Origin: Planctomycetota bacterium
GTDB taxonomy: Bacteria > Planctomycetota > B15-G4
Direction of reading: 5' to 3'
Assembly: GCA_038212275.1 (NCBI GenBank)
Contig: JBBQUR010000006.1
Coordinates: 96,001-160,000, forward strand
Length of the DNA: 64,000 nt
A program made the position numbers and the translations under genes. This document shows positions 57,738-64,000 of the stretch, piece after piece. The notes below the pieces were generated by a model. The model saw only the letters and a list, made by a program, of their open reading frames with translations, was not told where the DNA came from and did not search any database. Within the stretch, counting starts at the first letter, position 1; the number at the start of each line of letters is the position of its first letter.

Positions 57738-57815
57738 GGCTGGGACCGGCAGGCCGGGGCTGCGCGCTTCGGACCGTGGGCGTTCCGGCGCGCCGGCAGC
57801 CGACGCTGCGGCCTC

Positions 57816-60158
57816 TCAGGGCAGCAGGGTCACCGTCAGGGCATTGCTCAGCACGACGTTCGAGGGATGCGCCGCCCCCGTGTCCTTGGTGGCCATCTGT
57901 GCGACGAGCACGATGTTGGCGAGCACCGGGGAGTTGGCCAGCGGGAGCGTGGCCGTGAAGGCGCCGGCGCCGGCGGCACCGGCCGTTCCCCCCGACGGGT
58001 AGGTGAGCCAGAGCACCTGACCGCCGACATGAAAGGTCCCGCCGAAGGCCGTGAGCGGCGTGTCGACGGCGCTGAGGGCCAGGTAGACGAGCGAGCCGCC
58101 GACGAAGCCTTCGCCCCGGAAGCCGAAAGCCGCATTCCCGAGCAAGGGCAGGCCGCCGCTGAGCGTGGCGCGCGGCGTGAGGCCGCCGGTGCCCGGCGTG
58201 CCTCCGCCCAGCACGACGACGGGCGAGGCGTGAGCGAGTTCCCAGGTGGACGCCGAGGCGGAGCCGATGAGCAGCGAGCCGTCGGAGGTGTCGAGCGCCA
58301 GTGCGGTCGCGTTGGCGTCGAGCGGCATGTCGAGGGCCACTTCGAAGCTGTCGCCGCGGTTGCCGGAAACGAGCACCGATCCGTCGGCGTCGGAGACCCA
58401 CAGCAGGCCGGGCTGCTGCGGATGGAGCAGCAGCTCCGAGTCCGCGTGCAGGCTGACGCCGAGCGAGTGCCAGCTGCCGCCGCCGTTGTCCGTGCGCCAC
58501 AGCCCGGAACCGCTGTCGCCGCGATACGCCACGCCGGGTGCGAAGGGATCGAACTCCAGCAGCACGGCCGGCCCGGCATTCGTCAGCGCCGGCTGCAGCG
58601 TGGACCAGGTGAGCCCGGCGTTGAGGCTCTGCGCCCACTGATTGTTGTCGGACAGCTGCAGGACGCGCCCCGGCACGTGCGGATCCCATGCCACGGCGCG
58701 CGTGGCCCAGCCGCTCGTGCCGGCGACATCGGTCCAGGTGTTGCCGCCATCGAGGCTGCGGATGAGCGCCTTGGTGCCGAAGGCCGCGGGAGACATGCCT
58801 GCGATGACGCGCTGCGGATTGCCCGGATCGAAGGCGATGTCCTGCACGCTGCCCGCGCCGTAGGTCTCGTAGACCTTGCTGAAGCTCTGTCCGCCGTCGG
58901 TGAGCACGACGATCTGCGCGTTGTCCTGGAAGGACCCCACGCCGCCGGTCAGCCAGCGCGTCGCGTCGGTCGGATCGACGGCGATCGCGCGCGTGTCGGT
59001 GCCGAGGTCGTAGTGCCACGCCGTGGGCGTGAGGATCTCGCCGGACTCGCCGGCATAGACGCCGCTGCCGATGCCGATGACGCGCGGCCCGCCCGGGCTC
59101 GTGATCGCGACCGCGTTGATGTGCGAGACGAGGAAGCCGAGGTGCTGCCAGCTCGTGGGCGCGCCGGCGGGCATCACGTAGAGGCCGCCGCCGGCCTGGT
59201 CGTACAGGCCGCCGCCTTCGCAGCCGAAGTAGCGCGGGCCGGTGGCGGGCAGTGCGAGCGCGGTCGGGATCGGCGTGCTCTCCGGCCAGCCGTCGGTCGC
59301 GTCGAACCACGTCGCGCCTCCGTCGGTGGTCTGCACGAGGCTGGTGAGCGTCGCGTACCAGAGGCGGGCACCGCCGCCTTCCCATGCGAAGAACTCTCCG
59401 TTGCCGGCCGTCACCGCGGAGACGATGGGGTCGAAGCTCGCGCCGCCGTTCGTGCTGCGGAACATGCCGTTGAACGGCGTCCCGAGGAAGACCACGTCCG
59501 GGTCGGTCGGCGAGACGGTGAGGCACTGCACCCACTGCGAGAAGGCGCCGCCGACGGGCGCGAAGCTCGCGCCGCCGTTGCTGCTCTTGCGCACGCCGTG
59601 GAAGCTTCCCGCGTAGGCCGTTCCGCCATCCGCGGAGAGAGCGAGGCTGTCGAAGATCTCGCCGGCGAAGGGCACCAGCGTCGCGGTCGTCGTCCAGCTC
59701 AGGCCGCCGTTGGCCGAGCGATGGATGTTGAAGGCGTCGTAGGCGAGCACCGTGCTGCCGGTGGCGGGGAGCGCGAGGCCCTTGAGCGACTCGTCGGCGA
59801 CGAGCGGCAGCGTCGTCCAGGTCGCACCGAAGTCCGCCGAGCGCACGATGCGCGTGCCATCGATCGCGTACAGGCCGTGCACCTCGCCGGGCACCTGGGC
59901 CAGGTCCGACGCGTTCGCCGAGAGCCCGGCGCCGAAGGGCTCGAAGGTGACGCCGGCGTCTGCCGAGCGCATGAGCCCCTTGGTGTACTGGATGACGAGG
60001 ATCACGTCGGCGTCGAGCGGATCCACGAGGATCGAACCTGCCGAGCCGCCGAGCGGGCCAAGCGAGACGGGCACGCTGCCGGGTTCGAGCTGCGAGAAGG
60101 CTGCGGGGAGCAGAGACAGCGCGAACAGCGTGCAGCCGAGGACGTGGCGGGCGGACAT
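57816..60158 (-). CDS. Secreted BNR/Asp-box (sortilin/YCF48-like) beta-propeller protein with C-terminal ~135-aa domain
   Basis: Signal peptide MSARHVLG...PAAFSQ; more than 10 S/T-x-D/N-G-G-x-S/T-W/F repeats. Confidence 0.85.
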   Translation of the reverse strand: MSARHVLGCTLFALSLLPAAFSQLEPGSVPVSLGPLGGSAGSILVDPLDADVILVIQYTKGLMRSADAGVTFEPFGAGLSANASDLAQVPGEVHGLYAIDGTRIVRSADFGATWTTLPLVADESLKGLALPATGSTVLAYDAFNIHRSANGGLSWTTTATLVPFAGEIFDSLALSADGGTAYAGSFHGVRKSSNGGASFAPVGGAFSQWVQCLTVSPTDPDVVFLGTPFNGMFRSTNGGASFDPIVSAVTAGNGEFFAWEGGGARLWYATLTSLVQTTDGGATWFDATDGWPESTPIPTALALPATGPRYFGCEGGGLYDQAGGGLYVMPAGAPTSWQHLGFLVSHINAVAITSPGGPRVIGIGSGVYAGESGEILTPTAWHYDLGTDTRAIAVDPTDATRWLTGGVGSFQDNAQIVVLTDGGQSFSKVYETYGAGSVQDIAFDPGNPQRVIAGMSPAAFGTKALIRSLDGGNTWTDVAGTSGWATRAVAWDPHVPGRVLQLSDNNQWAQSLNAGLTWSTLQPALTNAGPAVLLEFDPFAPGVAYRGDSGSGLWRTDNGGGSWHSLGVSLHADSELLLHPQQPGLLWVSDADGSVLVSGNRGDSFEVALDMPLDANATALALDTSDGSLLIGSASASTWELAHASPVVVLGGGTPGTGGLTPRATLSGGLPLLGNAAFGFRGEGFVGGSLVYLALSAVDTPLTAFGGTFHVGGQVLWLTYPSGGTAGAAGAGAFTATLPLANSPVLANIVLVAQMATKDTGAAHPSNVVLSNALTVTLLP

Positions 60159-60380
60159 GGGTGCTGCTCCGAGGGGGGCGGGAACGCTGCGACCATACCA
60201 CTGGAGTTGCCGTCGGCGGCGATGCGCGGCGCGGGTCGCGCGGCGGCAGAGCCGCTGTCGGCTCCGGCCGGTGCGGGTGCGGGTGCGGGCGCGTGATCCG
60301 CGGCGGCGCGAGGTGCGTAGGGTATTCTCGGCCTGTTTCCTCGTGCACGTTCGCGACATGTCGACAGGAGCAGCAGACGG

Positions 60381-64000
<3,620 letters not shown>

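Overview
High-GC bacterial chromosomal window, probably from the PVC superphylum/Planctomycetota (inferred from gene style and content, not from a marker gene). I can support about 46 CDS and one tRNA-Cys(GCA); I saw no CRISPR array, integrase or transposase. Left to right: surface-glycosylation genes (GT-C-type membrane proteins, phosphohexomutase); comM-comEC; a LOG-coaD-ridA operon; a complete oppABCDF-like operon; a secreted M28 peptidase; and a ~21 kb minus-strand run (rsmE, udg, pilM-pilN fusion, pilO-like, single-pass unknown, secretin 1, two TPR proteins, ExbB/TolQ, two ExbD/TolR, secretin 2, HAD hydrolase, ATPase-less oppABC). Then pepA, a CitE/HpcH-family lyase, tRNA-Cys, a P1B ATPase, a second glycosylation block, two paralogous secreted repeat proteins, an Sfp-type PPTase, a secreted BNR beta-propeller protein, and the 5' part of an NRPS (C-A[Gly-like]-T-C...). 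Most interesting: (1) a two-secretin, PilMNO-like envelope machine clustered with a proton-motive-force ExbB-ExbD-ExbD motor but with no assembly ATPase, platform protein or pilin in the window; (2) four secreted proteins of three unrelated architectures sharing a ~120-135 aa C-terminal domain ending (S/T)N(A/G)(L/V)-x4-5-P-stop, a candidate sorting signal; (3) a short AT-richer island inside a coding sequence of that operon carrying a near-consensus sigma70 promoter and an IHF-like palindrome. All family calls come from motif recognition by eye; no database searches were run.
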